Assembly: GCA_963845515.1 (NCBI GenBank) | Contig: CAWJSR010000015.1 | Location: 79,752 to 143,751, forward strand | From: an uncultured delta proteobacterium | Lineage (GTDB): Bacteria; Myxococcota; Myxococcia; Myxococcales; Anaeromyxobacteraceae | Reading direction: 5' to 3' | DNA length: 64,000 nucleotides | Shown here: in pieces, positions 1-9,376 of the stretch | How the letters are laid out: each line of letters starts with the position of its first letter | Numbering within the stretch: the first letter of the stretch is position 1 | Program-made: the position numbers and the translations under genes | Notes under the pieces: generated by a model | What the model saw: the letters and a program-made list of their open reading frames with translations, nothing else | Told to the model about the DNA's origin: nothing | Databases searched by the model: none

Positions 1-39
1 GACGCCGGTGTCGGTGGCCGTGACGAAGAAGCCGTTCAT
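1..39 (-). CDS. bioD: Dethiobiotin synthase, N-terminus (runs off window)
   Basis: Minus strand from ATG at 39 reads MNGFFVTATDTGV, the BioD P-loop start; directly downstream of bioA. Confidence 0.8.
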   Translation of the reverse strand, partial: MNGFFVTATDTGV

Positions 40-138
40 TCCGGGAGCCCCCGACGGGTCAGACGCCCCCTCACCCAGCCTCTTCCCCGCGGGGGCGGGG
101 AGAGGTGCATCCGCGAGGCGCGAAGGTGCGATGAGTGG

Positions 139-1512
139 TCACAGCGCCGCCGTCACCTTCGCGATGCTGGCGAGCGCGATCCCGGCCAGCTCCCCTAGCT
201 GCGCCTCGGTCATGCCCAGCGGCGGCATCAGGACGACGACGTTGCCGAGCGGCCGCAGGATCGCCCCCAGCTTCCGTGCCTCGGTGCAGACCTGGTGGCC
301 GGCGCGGAGACCGCTCGCGTACTCCTCCCTCGTCGCGCGATCGCGGACGAGCTCGATCCCCACCATCAGCCCGCGCTGCCGCACCTCGCCGACGTGCGCC
401 ATGTCCGAAGCCGGCGCCAGGGCGCCGGCGAGCGACGCGACCTTCCCGGGGAGCGCCTGGAGGATCCCCTTGTCCCGGAACAGGTGCATCGACGCCACCG
501 ACGCCGCGCAGGCGAGCGGATTCCCGGTGTACGTGTGACCGTGAAAGAAGGTCCGCTGCGCGTCGAACGGCCCGAGGAAGCTCTCGAACACCCGCTCGGT
601 CGTGAGGGTCGCGGCGAGCGGCAGGTAGCCGCCGCTGATCCCCTTCGCCACTGTCATCAGGTCGGGGACGACCCCCTCGTGCTCCACGGCGAACATCCTG
701 CCCGTGCGCCCGAAGCCGGTCGCCACCTCGTCGCAGACGAGCAGCGCGCCGTGCCGGTCGCAGATCTCGCGCATCCGCCGGACGTAGCCGGGCGGCTGCG
801 TGATCATGCCGTCCGCCCCCTGGACGAGCGGCTCCATGACGAGCGCCGCGATCTTCCCCGCCCGGCTCTCGAAGATCTTCTCCACCTCGTCGGCGCAGGC
901 CATCGCGCACTCTGGCCACCGCTTGGCGAGCGGGCAGCGGTAGCAGTACGGCTGCGGCGCGTGGTGGACGTCGAAGAGGAGCGGCTTGAAGATCCGGTGG
1001 AAGAGGTCGATGCCCCCGAGCGAGACGGAGCCGATCGTGTCGCCGTGGTAGGCGCCGCGCAGCCCGACGAACTCGGTGCGCGCAGTGTCGCCGCGCAGCT
1101 GGTGGTGCTGGAACGCGATCTTGAGCGCGATCTCGACCGCGGTCGCCCCGGCGTCCGAGAAGAAGACGCGGGTGAGCCCCCTGGGCGTCCAGCGGAGCAG
1201 CTCCTCCGCGCACTCGATCGAAGCGGTCGAGGCGAGCCCGAGGAGCGTCGTGTGGGCGACCCGATCGAGCTGCGCCCGCACGGCCGCGTCGATCTCCGGC
1301 ACGCGGTGGCCGTGGACGTTGCACCAGAGTGACGAGACTCCGTCCAGGTACCGGTTCCCCAGCGTGTCTACGAGGTGGACGCCGTCCGCCGAGTCGATGA
1401 TGAGCGGCTCCTCGGCGAGCCACTCCTCCATCTGCGTGAAGGGGTGCCACAGGTTCTTGTGGTCCGCCTCCACGAGGCGGCGGTGGCGTGCGCTGCGTTC
1501 TGCGTCTGTCAT
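139..1512 (-). CDS. bioA: Adenosylmethionine-8-amino-7-oxononanoate aminotransferase
   Basis: [45 protein letters not shown] and [11 protein letters not shown] class-III aminotransferase motifs. Confidence 0.95.
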   Translation of the reverse strand: MTDAERSARHRRLVEADHKNLWHPFTQMEEWLAEEPLIIDSADGVHLVDTLGNRYLDGVSSLWCNVHGHRVPEIDAAVRAQLDRVAHTTLLGLASTASIECAEELLRWTPRGLTRVFFSDAGATAVEIALKIAFQHHQLRGDTARTEFVGLRGAYHGDTIGSVSLGGIDLFHRIFKPLLFDVHHAPQPYCYRCPLAKRWPECAMACADEVEKIFESRAGKIAALVMEPLVQGADGMITQPPGYVRRMREICDRHGALLVCDEVATGFGRTGRMFAVEHEGVVPDLMTVAKGISGGYLPLAATLTTERVFESFLGPFDAQRTFFHGHTYTGNPLACAASVASMHLFRDKGILQALPGKVASLAGALAPASDMAHVGEVRQRGLMVGIELVRDRATREEYASGLRAGHQVCTEARKLGAILRPLGNVVVLMPPLGMTEAQLGELAGIALASIAKVTAAL

Positions 1513-1531
1513 GGAGGGGGCAGCTTAGCCG

Positions 1532-1717
1532 CTACCCCTCCTTCCACTCCATCGTCAGAAAGTCGGCTTCGGCCGGGGTCAGGTCGAAGCGAAGCGCCGC
1601 CTCCTCGATTAGCTTGAGCCGGGGGGCCTGGGGCTCCTCCTGCCTCCGCTCCGAGAGCCAGCGGAGCGCGCGCCGCAGCGCCTCGCCCTGCCCCTGGATG
1701 CCGTTCGGGTTCGCCAT
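1532..1717 (-). CDS. Small hypothetical protein
   Basis: MANPNGIQGQGEALRRALRWLSE...; GGAGG upstream; co-oriented with bioA. Confidence 0.65.
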   Translation of the reverse strand: MANPNGIQGQGEALRRALRWLSERRQEEPQAPRLKLIEEAALRFDLTPAEADFLTMEWKEG

Positions 1718-1880
1718 TGTCCGCCTCCAGGGCACATCCTACCGCGGTAGTCCCTCCGGCGACGTGGCAACGGGCTTTGACGGCGGGCTCGCGACGGACT
1801 ATTTCCTACCCCGCCCCCCGGCTCCCCGGCGGGGGAGGATTGGCGTGTTGCCGGCCGGGGCACAACGACAGGAGGACGCC

Positions 1881-2069
1881 ATGGCGTTCAACCCAGGAAC
1901 AACGAAGCGCCAGAAGGAGGCGTCCCGCCGGGACTACCAGAGCAAGAAGCAGGAGAAGAAGGAGCAGCGCAAGCGGGAGAAGGAGGTCCGCGACCCCTCG
2001 GCCCCGGCTGGCGTGGATCCCGACATCGCCGGCATCGTCCCCGGTCCCCAGCCGCTCCCGGAGGATTAG
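1881..2069 (+). CDS. Small basic hypothetical protein
   Basis: AGGAGG then MAFNPGTTKRQKE...DPDIAGIVPGPQP. Confidence 0.6.
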   Translation: MAFNPGTTKRQKEASRRDYQSKKQEKKEQRKREKEVRDPSAPAGVDPDIAGIVPGPQPLPED

Positions 2070-2094
2070 CAGCCGCGCCGTCCCGAGCCTGAGC

Positions 2095-4017
2095 TCAACG
2101 CCTTGGCGGCCCGCGCGTTCCTCGCCGGGCCCAGGGCGGGCGGGCGCCGTCGCCCGCCATCCTGTTCCCGCCACCCATCCGCTTCCCGGGCGCGAGCCGG
2201 CCCGTGAGCCGCAGCGCCTTCTCGACGAGCACCCTGTTGTCCGGATCTCCCCAGCGGATGAGCGCCTTCTGCATCCGCTTCTCCTCCATGTCGTCGACGA
2301 CCGCGACCGCCTTCCCGGTGATCGGATCGATCCCCGTCCAGTGCATGTCGGAGGCGAGCGTCATCGGCGTGGGCATGAAGTCCTGCACCTGCTGGGGCTT
2401 CCAGCGGTTCGCCTGCAGGTACTCCATGAGCTGCACCGCCTGCTCCAGCGTCGAGCCGGGGTGCGACGAGATGAAGTAGGGGACGAGGTACTGCTCCTTG
2501 CCCGCCTTCTTCGTGAGCCGGGCGAAGTCCTTCCGGAAGCGCTCGAAGCTCTCGAGCCCCGGCTTGCGCATGACCGCGAGGACGGGCGCGCAGACGTGCT
2601 CGGGCGCGACCTTCAGCTGCCCTGACACGTGGCTCGTGACGAGCGCCTCCAGGTAGCGCTCGCCGTTCTCCTCGTCCGCCTGGGCGAGGTCGTACCGGAC
2701 GCCGGAGCCGACGAAGAGGTGCTTCACGCCCTTCACGGCCTTCGCGCGCGCGTAGAGCGCCACGAGCGGACCGTGATCGTGCGCGAAGTGGCGGCAGACG
2801 GCCGGGTGGATGCACGAGAGGCGGTGGCACCTGGCGTGGGCCTCGGCGTCGGTGCAGCCCATCTGCCACATGTTGGCCGTCGGCCCGCCGAGGTCGGTGA
2901 CCGTGCCGCGGAACTTCTCCTGCGCGGCCATCGCCGCCAGCTCGCGCAGGATCGACGCCTCCGACCGGCTCGAGACGTCGCGCCCCTGGTGCTCGGTGAT
3001 GCAGCAGAACGCGCAGCCGGCAGCGCAGCCGCGGACGATCTGGATCGACCAGCGGATCTGCTCGAGCGCCGCGATGTGGGCGCCGGCGTATGACGGGTGG
3101 GCCTCTCGCAGGAAGGGCAGCTCGGCGACCCGATCCAGCTCCTCGGTCGTCGGGGGCGCCATGGGCTCGTTGACCACCACGAGCGTCCCTCCCGCGCGCC
3201 CGTGGCGCTGGACCAGCACCCGCGCGTTCTCCGCGTTCTGCTCCCGGCGGTAGAGCCTGGCGAACTCGGCGTAGCGCGGCTTGTCCTTCTCGACCTCCTC
3301 GAAGGAAGGCAGCTCGACGACACCGCGAGGGCGCCCCTCCAGCCCGGCGAGCGCGCGGTCGGAGACCGCGACCGCGGTGCCCGGGACGTCGACGAGCCCG
3401 CAGACGTCCTCACCCATCGAGAGCCGGCGGGCGATCTCCACGATCGGCTTCTCGCCCTGCCCGTAGACGAGGAGGTCCGCCCCGGACTGGACGAGGACCG
3501 AGGGCAGGATGCGGTCCTCCCAGTAGTCGTAGTGGGCCAGCCTGCGGAGCGACGCCTCGATCCCGCCCAGGACGATCGGCGTCGCGGGGCCAAAGGCCTC
3601 GCGGATCAACTTCGCGTAGGCGACCACCGCGCGGTCGGGACGCCTTCCGGCCGCGCCGCCCGGCGTGTAGGCGTCGTCGGACCGCCGGCGCTTGTGCGCC
3701 GTGTAGTGGTTGACCATCGAGTCCATCGCGCCGGCGGTGACGCCGACGAAGAGGCGCGGGCGGCCGAGCCGCGCGACGTCGCGGATGGAACGCCAATCCG
3801 GCTGGGCGATGATCCCGACCTTGAGCCCCTGCGCTTCCAGGACGCGGCCTATGACCGCGGCCCCGAAGGCCGGGTGATCGACGTACGCGTCGCCGGTCAC
3901 GAGCAGGACGTCGAGCCCATCCCATCCGCGCGCGGCCACCTCCTCCGGATACATGGGGAGGAACGGGCCGCGCGGGATCGGCGGGGCGGCGCGATTGCTG
4001 GACGTGGAGCGGGCCAT
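2095..4017 (-). CDS. YgiQ/UPF0313-family radical SAM protein
   Basis: TGDAYVDHPAFG, DSMVNHYT, RGCAAGCAFC, DLGGPTANM, LKVAPEH, QVQDFMPTPMT; start approximate. Confidence 0.9.
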   Translation of the reverse strand: MARSTSSNRAAPPIPRGPFLPMYPEEVAARGWDGLDVLLVTGDAYVDHPAFGAAVIGRVLEAQGLKVGIIAQPDWRSIRDVARLGRPRLFVGVTAGAMDSMVNHYTAHKRRRSDDAYTPGGAAGRRPDRAVVAYAKLIREAFGPATPIVLGGIEASLRRLAHYDYWEDRILPSVLVQSGADLLVYGQGEKPIVEIARRLSMGEDVCGLVDVPGTAVAVSDRALAGLEGRPRGVVELPSFEEVEKDKPRYAEFARLYRREQNAENARVLVQRHGRAGGTLVVVNEPMAPPTTEELDRVAELPFLREAHPSYAGAHIAALEQIRWSIQIVRGCAAGCAFCCITEHQGRDVSSRSEASILRELAAMAAQEKFRGTVTDLGGPTANMWQMGCTDAEAHARCHRLSCIHPAVCRHFAHDHGPLVALYARAKAVKGVKHLFVGSGVRYDLAQADEENGERYLEALVTSHVSGQLKVAPEHVCAPVLAVMRKPGLESFERFRKDFARLTKKAGKEQYLVPYFISSHPGSTLEQAVQLMEYLQANRWKPQQVQDFMPTPMTLASDMHWTGIDPITGKAVAVVDDMEEKRMQKALIRWGDPDNRVLVEKALRLTGRLAPGKRMGGGNRMAGDGARPPWARRGTRGPPRR

Positions 4018-4150
4018 CGAGGGCCCATACATGGCCGCCGCGCCTCACGAAATCAAGGCGGCGACACCTTTGGCAACCCGGCGCTTGGGGGTATCATTTG
4101 TTTCCGCGGAAGGGAGCCGCCCGGCGCCCGCCCTGCACGGAAGGACTTTC

Positions 4151-6334
4151 ATGGCGGATCAGCGCAGCGTGATGAAGGAGTACCGCCTCCTCGAACAGAA
4201 GCGGCAGGCCGGCCCTCTCACGCCGCAGGACGAGGCGCGGCTTGCACAGCTGCGCGACCTCGTGGGCCCTGAGCTGGGCGCCGGCGCGTCGAAGCCAGGC
4301 TTCGACGTGAACGCCGCCGCCGCGCGACTCCGCGAGTCACTCCTCCCCGCCGGCCTTCGAAACCGCCCGGCATCGATGGAGGCCCCTCCGCCGCCCGAGC
4401 CGCAGCCACCGGAGCCGGACGCTGCGCCAGGGGAGACCGGCCTGGAAGCCGTATGGAATGCTGCCCCCTTCGCGTCGCTCAGCGAGCCCCCTGCGATGAC
4501 CGAGGACTCCCTCTTCGATCCGGAGTCCCTGGGGCTGGACACTCCGCTGGACGCTCCTTCCGCAGACGCCGGCTGGGATCCCAATGCGCAGCCTTACGAC
4601 GCGAGCGCACAGGGATGGGACCCCAACGCCGCCGTCTACGACCCGAACTCCCAGCCGTACGACGCGAACGCGCCTTACGACCCCAACGCCCCGTACGACC
4701 CGAACGCTCAGCCTTACGATCCGAACGCCCAGCCCTACGACGCGAACGCGCCTTACGACCCCAACGCCCCCGCCTACGACCCGTACGCTCAGCCTTACGA
4801 TCCGAACGTCCAGCCCTACGACGCGAACGCGCCTTACGACCCCAACGCCCCCGTCTACGACCCGAACGCTCAGCCTTACGATCCGAACGCCCAGCCCTAC
4901 GACGCAAACGCGCCTTACGACCCCAACGCCCCGTACGACCCGAACGCTCAGCCTTACGATCCGAACGCCCAGCCCTACGACGCGAACGCGCCTTACGACC
5001 CCAACGCCCCCGTCTACGACCCGAATGCTCAGCCTTACGGCGCCGATGCAGGGCAGTGGGATCCGAACGCTTCGCCCCAGTGGGACGCTGCGACCCAGCC
5101 GGCGTGGGACGCCAACCTGGCCGCTCCATGGGGCGAAGAGCCGGTAGCAGACGCGGCCGCCGCGGCGGAATCCCTCGCGCCGGTTCAGCCGGCCGAGCCC
5201 ACCGAGGAAGGGTGGGACGTCGGCGCCGAAGTCACTCCAGCGGAGCCGGAGACTGAGGCGGGGCTCGACCAGCCGCCCGATGCGGCGCTCGACGCCGGAT
5301 GGGTCGAGCCTGAGGAGGCGCTGGTGCCGTCGCAACCGGAGCCGCCGGCCGAGCCAGCGGCCGAGTCGCCTCCCGAGGAGCTGCTCCCGTTCGACGCCGG
5401 CGCGGCTTCCGAGGTCGAGCCCGAAGCAGCCCCCGAGGGCTGGGGCGCGGAGCCGGAGCCACAGTCGGAGGACATCCCCCTCGACGACGACCTCCTGGAG
5501 CCGTCGCACGAGCCCGCGGCGCCTGGCAGCTACGGGGATCTCTCCCCAGAGGTGCCCACCCAGGTCGACGCGCTGCCGGCCGAGGACGCGCAGCACCTGC
5601 TTGCGCCGCTCGGTGCGGGGCAGGAGCTGACCAGCGACGACGACGCGCTCGCGCAGGGCTTCCAGCTCGAGTCGAACGGGTCGTTCGGCAAGACGTCCGC
5701 CGCGGCCGCGCCGACCTGGGATGCGGAGCAGCCGGCGGAGGAGAGCGAGCCCTGGGAGAGCGCGGCAGCGATGGACGTGGGCACGATGACCCCCGGAGGC
5801 TCCGCGGTCCCACCGCCGGAGCTCGCGCCGCCTCCACTCGAGGAGCCGCTCGACGAGCTCGAAGTCGAGGAGTTCCCGATCGTCGAGGGGTCGGACCTGC
5901 TGGAGGAGATCTCTCCCGATCCGCTCGACGGGCTCGCGCCGCCACCGTCCACCTCGGCGCCCACGCGCGTCGAGGGTGTTCGGCGCGTGGTCGTCCACAC
6001 CGTCGAGGGGCTCGTGAAGCGGGGCGTCATCACCGACGCGACGCTCGACGCGGGCGTGCTCGCGCTCGCTCAGGAGCCCGGCGGCGCGCCCGAGCAGCTC
6101 GCGACCGCCAAGGTGAAGGCGATCTTCTTCATGCTGGCGCCGGGGGAGACGGCGCCATTGCCCGAGGGGAAGAGGGTCCGCGTGGCCTTCATCGACGGCC
6201 GGCAGATCGCCGGCTTCTCCCCCGACTACTCGGACGCAGGCGCTGGCTTCTTCATGATCCCCGCCGACACGCGGACCAACACCGGCCGGATCTGGGTCTA
6301 CCGCTCCGCGGTGAAGTCCGTCTCGGTGAGCTAG
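4151..6334 (+). CDS. Acidic low-complexity protein with YDPNA repeats and a conserved C-terminal domain (DUF6982-like)
   Basis: Long ORF with a central repeat; C-terminus VVVHTVEGLVKRG...KAIFF...GFFMIPAD..TN..RIWV. Confidence 0.75.
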   Translation: MADQRSVMKEYRLLEQKRQAGPLTPQDEARLAQLRDLVGPELGAGASKPGFDVNAAAARLRESLLPAGLRNRPASMEAPPPPEPQPPEPDAAPGETGLEAVWNAAPFASLSEPPAMTEDSLFDPESLGLDTPLDAPSADAGWDPNAQPYDASAQGWDPNAAVYDPNSQPYDANAPYDPNAPYDPNAQPYDPNAQPYDANAPYDPNAPAYDPYAQPYDPNVQPYDANAPYDPNAPVYDPNAQPYDPNAQPYDANAPYDPNAPYDPNAQPYDPNAQPYDANAPYDPNAPVYDPNAQPYGADAGQWDPNASPQWDAATQPAWDANLAAPWGEEPVADAAAAAESLAPVQPAEPTEEGWDVGAEVTPAEPETEAGLDQPPDAALDAGWVEPEEALVPSQPEPPAEPAAESPPEELLPFDAGAASEVEPEAAPEGWGAEPEPQSEDIPLDDDLLEPSHEPAAPGSYGDLSPEVPTQVDALPAEDAQHLLAPLGAGQELTSDDDALAQGFQLESNGSFGKTSAAAAPTWDAEQPAEESEPWESAAAMDVGTMTPGGSAVPPPELAPPPLEEPLDELEVEEFPIVEGSDLLEEISPDPLDGLAPPPSTSAPTRVEGVRRVVVHTVEGLVKRGVITDATLDAGVLALAQEPGGAPEQLATAKVKAIFFMLAPGETAPLPEGKRVRVAFIDGRQIAGFSPDYSDAGAGFFMIPADTRTNTGRIWVYRSAVKSVSVS
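4573..5070 (+). repeat. Coding tandem repeat (YDANAP/YDPNAP/YDPNAQP units)
   Basis: 18/21-nt units grouped into 78/81-nt blocks; 4681-4740 is identical to 4921-4980. Confidence 0.95.
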
Positions 6335-6472
6335 AGGCGCGCGTCCCGGCCGATCTCGGGCGGGCTCCTCCCTGCGCTGCTCGGCGTACGAAGAAGTACG
6401 CCTGCGCTGCTCCGTCGTTCGCGCGCCCGACCTCGGCTCGGCTTGCGCGCCTCTCGGGGAAAGGGTCGCCCG

Positions 6473-7198
6473 TTAGTTCATCCAGCGCGGCTTGTCGTCG
6501 TCGCGCGGCACGGGGCGCAGGTGGCTCGAGCGGCGCTTGAGGCGGGACGCGTACCAGCCCTGCTTCGCCCGCAGCCAGGTGCGCCGCGGCGTCAGGCCGG
6601 CGTTCATCAGGAGCGCGAGGGCGAGCGCGGCGAGGTGGGGGACGTACTCGCCGACGCCGGCGGGGGCGGAGAGCGCGAAGAGGACCGTCCCGCCGACGAT
6701 CAGCCACGCGAAGACCTTGCCCGTCATCGGGACGATCCCGAAGAGGTTGATCTGCGCCCCCGGGCGCGACAGGGCCCAGAGCACGAGCAGCGCGTTCACC
6801 ACCGGCCACGCGCCGACGTGGTTCCGGTCGGCGCCGGCGAAGGTCAACGCCAGGAGCGCGGTCCAGGCGGCGGCCCAGGCGGCGCAGCCGAAGAAGACCT
6901 TCAGGAACTTCCGCTCGCTCCACGTGTTGGCGAGATCGCGCCCCAGCCAGTGGAGCACGAAGCCGGCGAAGAGGAGCGAGAGCGGGTCTCCCTGCGGGAA
7001 CACCCAGGTCACGAGCCGCCAGATCTGACCGCTGAAGATCAGGGGGCCGTCGATGCTGAGCAGCTGCCAGAGTCCTGGCGACAGCATCGTCGCCACCGTG
7101 ACCAGCAGCATCGCCGCGAGGAGTCCGCCCACGCTCGCCGGCACGGTCTCCCCGAGCGTGACGATCCGGCGGAGGTCGAGCCGTGGCTTACGTGCCAT
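6473..7198 (-). CDS. Rhomboid-family intramembrane protein
   Basis: GQIWRLVTW, multiple TM segments, PHL in last helix, myxobacterial KPRWMN tail. Confidence 0.75.
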   Translation of the reverse strand: MARKPRLDLRRIVTLGETVPASVGGLLAAMLLVTVATMLSPGLWQLLSIDGPLIFSGQIWRLVTWVFPQGDPLSLLFAGFVLHWLGRDLANTWSERKFLKVFFGCAAWAAAWTALLALTFAGADRNHVGAWPVVNALLVLWALSRPGAQINLFGIVPMTGKVFAWLIVGGTVLFALSAPAGVGEYVPHLAALALALLMNAGLTPRRTWLRAKQGWYASRLKRRSSHLRPVPRDDDKPRWMN

Positions 7199-7199
7199 G

Positions 7200-7403
7200 C
7201 TAGACGCCGCTCCGATCCCGGTAGAAGAGCGTGATGGAGAGGCAGTGGAACTGGCGGTCGGAGCTCTGCCGGACCTGCTTCTCGACGATCTCAAGCTCCG
7301 GGTGAGCCGTGATCCAGCGGGTGATGGTCTCCCCGAGCACCTCGCGATCCCGCGCGAGGGTCGTGGTGAACACCTTCACGCCGGTTGCCTGTTCGGTCCC
7401 CAT
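7200..7403 (-). CDS. Small conserved hypothetical protein
   Basis: GVKVFTTTLARDREVLGETIT...QSSDRQFHCLSITLFY; GGAGG upstream. Confidence 0.7.
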   Translation of the reverse strand: MGTEQATGVKVFTTTLARDREVLGETITRWITAHPELEIVEKQVRQSSDRQFHCLSITLFYRDRSGV

Positions 7404-7470
7404 TCACATCCCTCCGTACACGGGACCGTAACCCCGGCCTGCTGCCACGGCAAGCAGGTGCCGCAACCCG

Positions 7471-8124
7471 CTACTCGAGCACCCCGAGGCCGCGCAGCAG
7501 CTGCCTCAGCGACGTCACGAGCAGCAGCAGCGCGAGCGCGGCGTTGAGCAGGCTCATGAGGGCGGGCCTGCGCAGCTCGGCCGCGCCGATCCCCGCGTAG
7601 AAGCGCCGGGCGAGCGCGATGCGCGCGTCGAGGTCGCCGATGGGCGGTGGCGCGCCGTGCGCGGCCGCCAGCGGCTCCACCGCCTTCCGGTGCGCGGCGA
7701 GCGCGCCCTCGAGCGCGGCCCCGGCGATCCCGCCGACGCGGCCGCTCCTGGTCTCGACCACCGCGCGACGGAAGTTGGACGTCCCGACGACGAAGCCGTC
7801 GGCGAAGGCCGTGAGGAAGCTGACCACGGCCTCCCTGCCGCCCACCGGGTAGGCGTCGGCGCAGGTGCCGTCGGGGTGCGACCAGGCGTCGACCTTCATG
7901 TCGAGGCCGCCGAGCGGGCCGCGCTCGCGACGGAGCCCGAGGCGGCGGAAGCCGAGCCGCTCCAGGAGCTCGCCCGCCGCCAGCTGCCCGCTCGCCCGCG
8001 AGGGTGCCTCGGGGTCGCCCGAGATCCGGACCGAGCGCGGGGCGAGGAAGAGGACCGCCCGCGGGCCGTGGCGGACGAGCATGACCAGCGTGAAGATCGC
8101 TACCAGTGCGTTGAGTAGGAGCAT
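7471..8124 (-). CDS. Hypothetical membrane protein
   Basis: N- and C-terminal hydrophobic helices; in the tat gene run. Confidence 0.6.
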   Translation of the reverse strand: MLLLNALVAIFTLVMLVRHGPRAVLFLAPRSVRISGDPEAPSRASGQLAAGELLERLGFRRLGLRRERGPLGGLDMKVDAWSHPDGTCADAYPVGGREAVVSFLTAFADGFVVGTSNFRRAVVETRSGRVGGIAGAALEGALAAHRKAVEPLAAAHGAPPPIGDLDARIALARRFYAGIGAAELRRPALMSLLNAALALLLLVTSLRQLLRGLGVLE

Positions 8125-8178
8125 CTGGGATTCCGTGGCGTTGCCGCGCGAGCGTCGGCGCCCGCGAGGACGGTGCTG

Positions 8179-8970
8179 CTAGGCCTTGGCGAGGGCGTCG
8201 GCGCCGCCCGGCTTCTTGCCGAGGATCCGCGCGGCGATCACGCCGATCTCGTAGAAGACGATCATCGGCACGGCCATCATGGCGAGGTTCAGCGGGTCGC
8301 CGGTCGGGGTGATGATGGCCGCCACCAGGACGTTGACGATGATCGCCAGCCGGCGGTGCCTGGCGAGCGTGTCGGCCGAGACGAGCCCGATCATCGAGAG
8401 GAAGGCGATGACGACCGGCAGCTCGAAGACGATGCCGAAGCCGAGGAGCATCGCGAGCACCAGGGACAGGGTCTCGCTCATCGTGAGCATCGGCCGGAGG
8501 GACGCGTCGTTGGCGATCGCGGCCATGGCCGGGAAGGCCGCCGGCATCACGAGGAAGTAGCAGAACGCCGCGCCGGCGTAGAAGAGGACCGTCCCGAAGG
8601 CCAGGAACGGGATCACCACCTTCTTCTCCCGCTTGTAGAGCCCGGGCGCGATGAAGAGCCAGAGCTGGAGGAGCACCCACGGGACGGCCAGGAAGATGCC
8701 GCCGTAGAGCGCCACCTTCAGGTAGACCATCAGCGGCTCGACGTAGCTCGTGTACTGGAGCGTCTGCTGCTCCTTCGGCAGGGACGCCAGCACCGGGTCC
8801 ATCAGCAGGTGGAAGATGCGCTCGACGAAGAGCCCGAGCGCGAGCATGCCGAGCGCCACCCCGTAGAGCGCGTGCGACAGCCGCTTCCTCAGCTCACGCA
8901 GGTGGTCCATGAAGGTGAGCTGGACCTCGCCCTCCGGCGCGGCAGGGGGCGGCGACGTGACGGGGCTCAA
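8179..8970 (-). CDS. tatC: Twin-arginine translocase subunit TatC
   Basis: DHLRELRKRL, FIAPGLYKREK, FELPV, AAIITPTGDP. Confidence 0.95.
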   Translation of the reverse strand: MSPVTSPPPAAPEGEVQLTFMDHLRELRKRLSHALYGVALGMLALGLFVERIFHLLMDPVLASLPKEQQTLQYTSYVEPLMVYLKVALYGGIFLAVPWVLLQLWLFIAPGLYKREKKVVIPFLAFGTVLFYAGAAFCYFLVMPAAFPAMAAIANDASLRPMLTMSETLSLVLAMLLGFGIVFELPVVIAFLSMIGLVSADTLARHRRLAIIVNVLVAAIITPTGDPLNLAMMAVPMIVFYEIGVIAARILGKKPGGADALAKA

Positions 8971-9341
8971 GGCTTCGCGCTCCCGGGGACCGGGGGCTCC
9001 TCCGCGGCAGGGGGGGGCGGCTCGACGAGCGCGGCCTCCAGCCCCGGGACGTTCTCGGCGGCGGCGGCCGGCGGAGGACCCCGCTGCGGCAGCGGCGCGG
9101 CCGGCTTGTCGAGCGAGGCCTCGGCGATCGCACCCGACAGCGCGCCGGTGACGGTGCGCTTCACCTCGTCGACGACGGTCAGCTCGTTGCCCAGCTGGTC
9201 CTTGAGGTCGTCGGTCGCCTTGCGGAGCTCCCTGAGCCCCTTGGCGAGCGTCTTGGCGGCGTCTGGCAGCCGGTCCGGCCCCAGCAGCAGCAGGGCCAGG
9301 ATCGCGATGATGGCTAGCTCGCCGAAGGAGAGGCCGAACAC
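8967..9341 (-). CDS. tatB: Twin-arginine translocase TatB/TatA subunit
   Basis: MFGLSFGEL...LLLLGPDRLP; overlaps the tatC start. Confidence 0.85.
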   Translation of the reverse strand: MFGLSFGELAIIAILALLLLGPDRLPDAAKTLAKGLRELRKATDDLKDQLGNELTVVDEVKRTVTGALSGAIAEASLDKPAAPLPQRGPPPAAAAENVPGLEAALVEPPPPAAEEPPVPGSAKP

Positions 9342-9376
9342 GCGAACACCTCTATCACGCGCCCGGGGGCGTTACC

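Noticed and set aside
4573..5070. CRISPR or non-coding repeat
   Set aside because: In-frame coding units with no unique spacers
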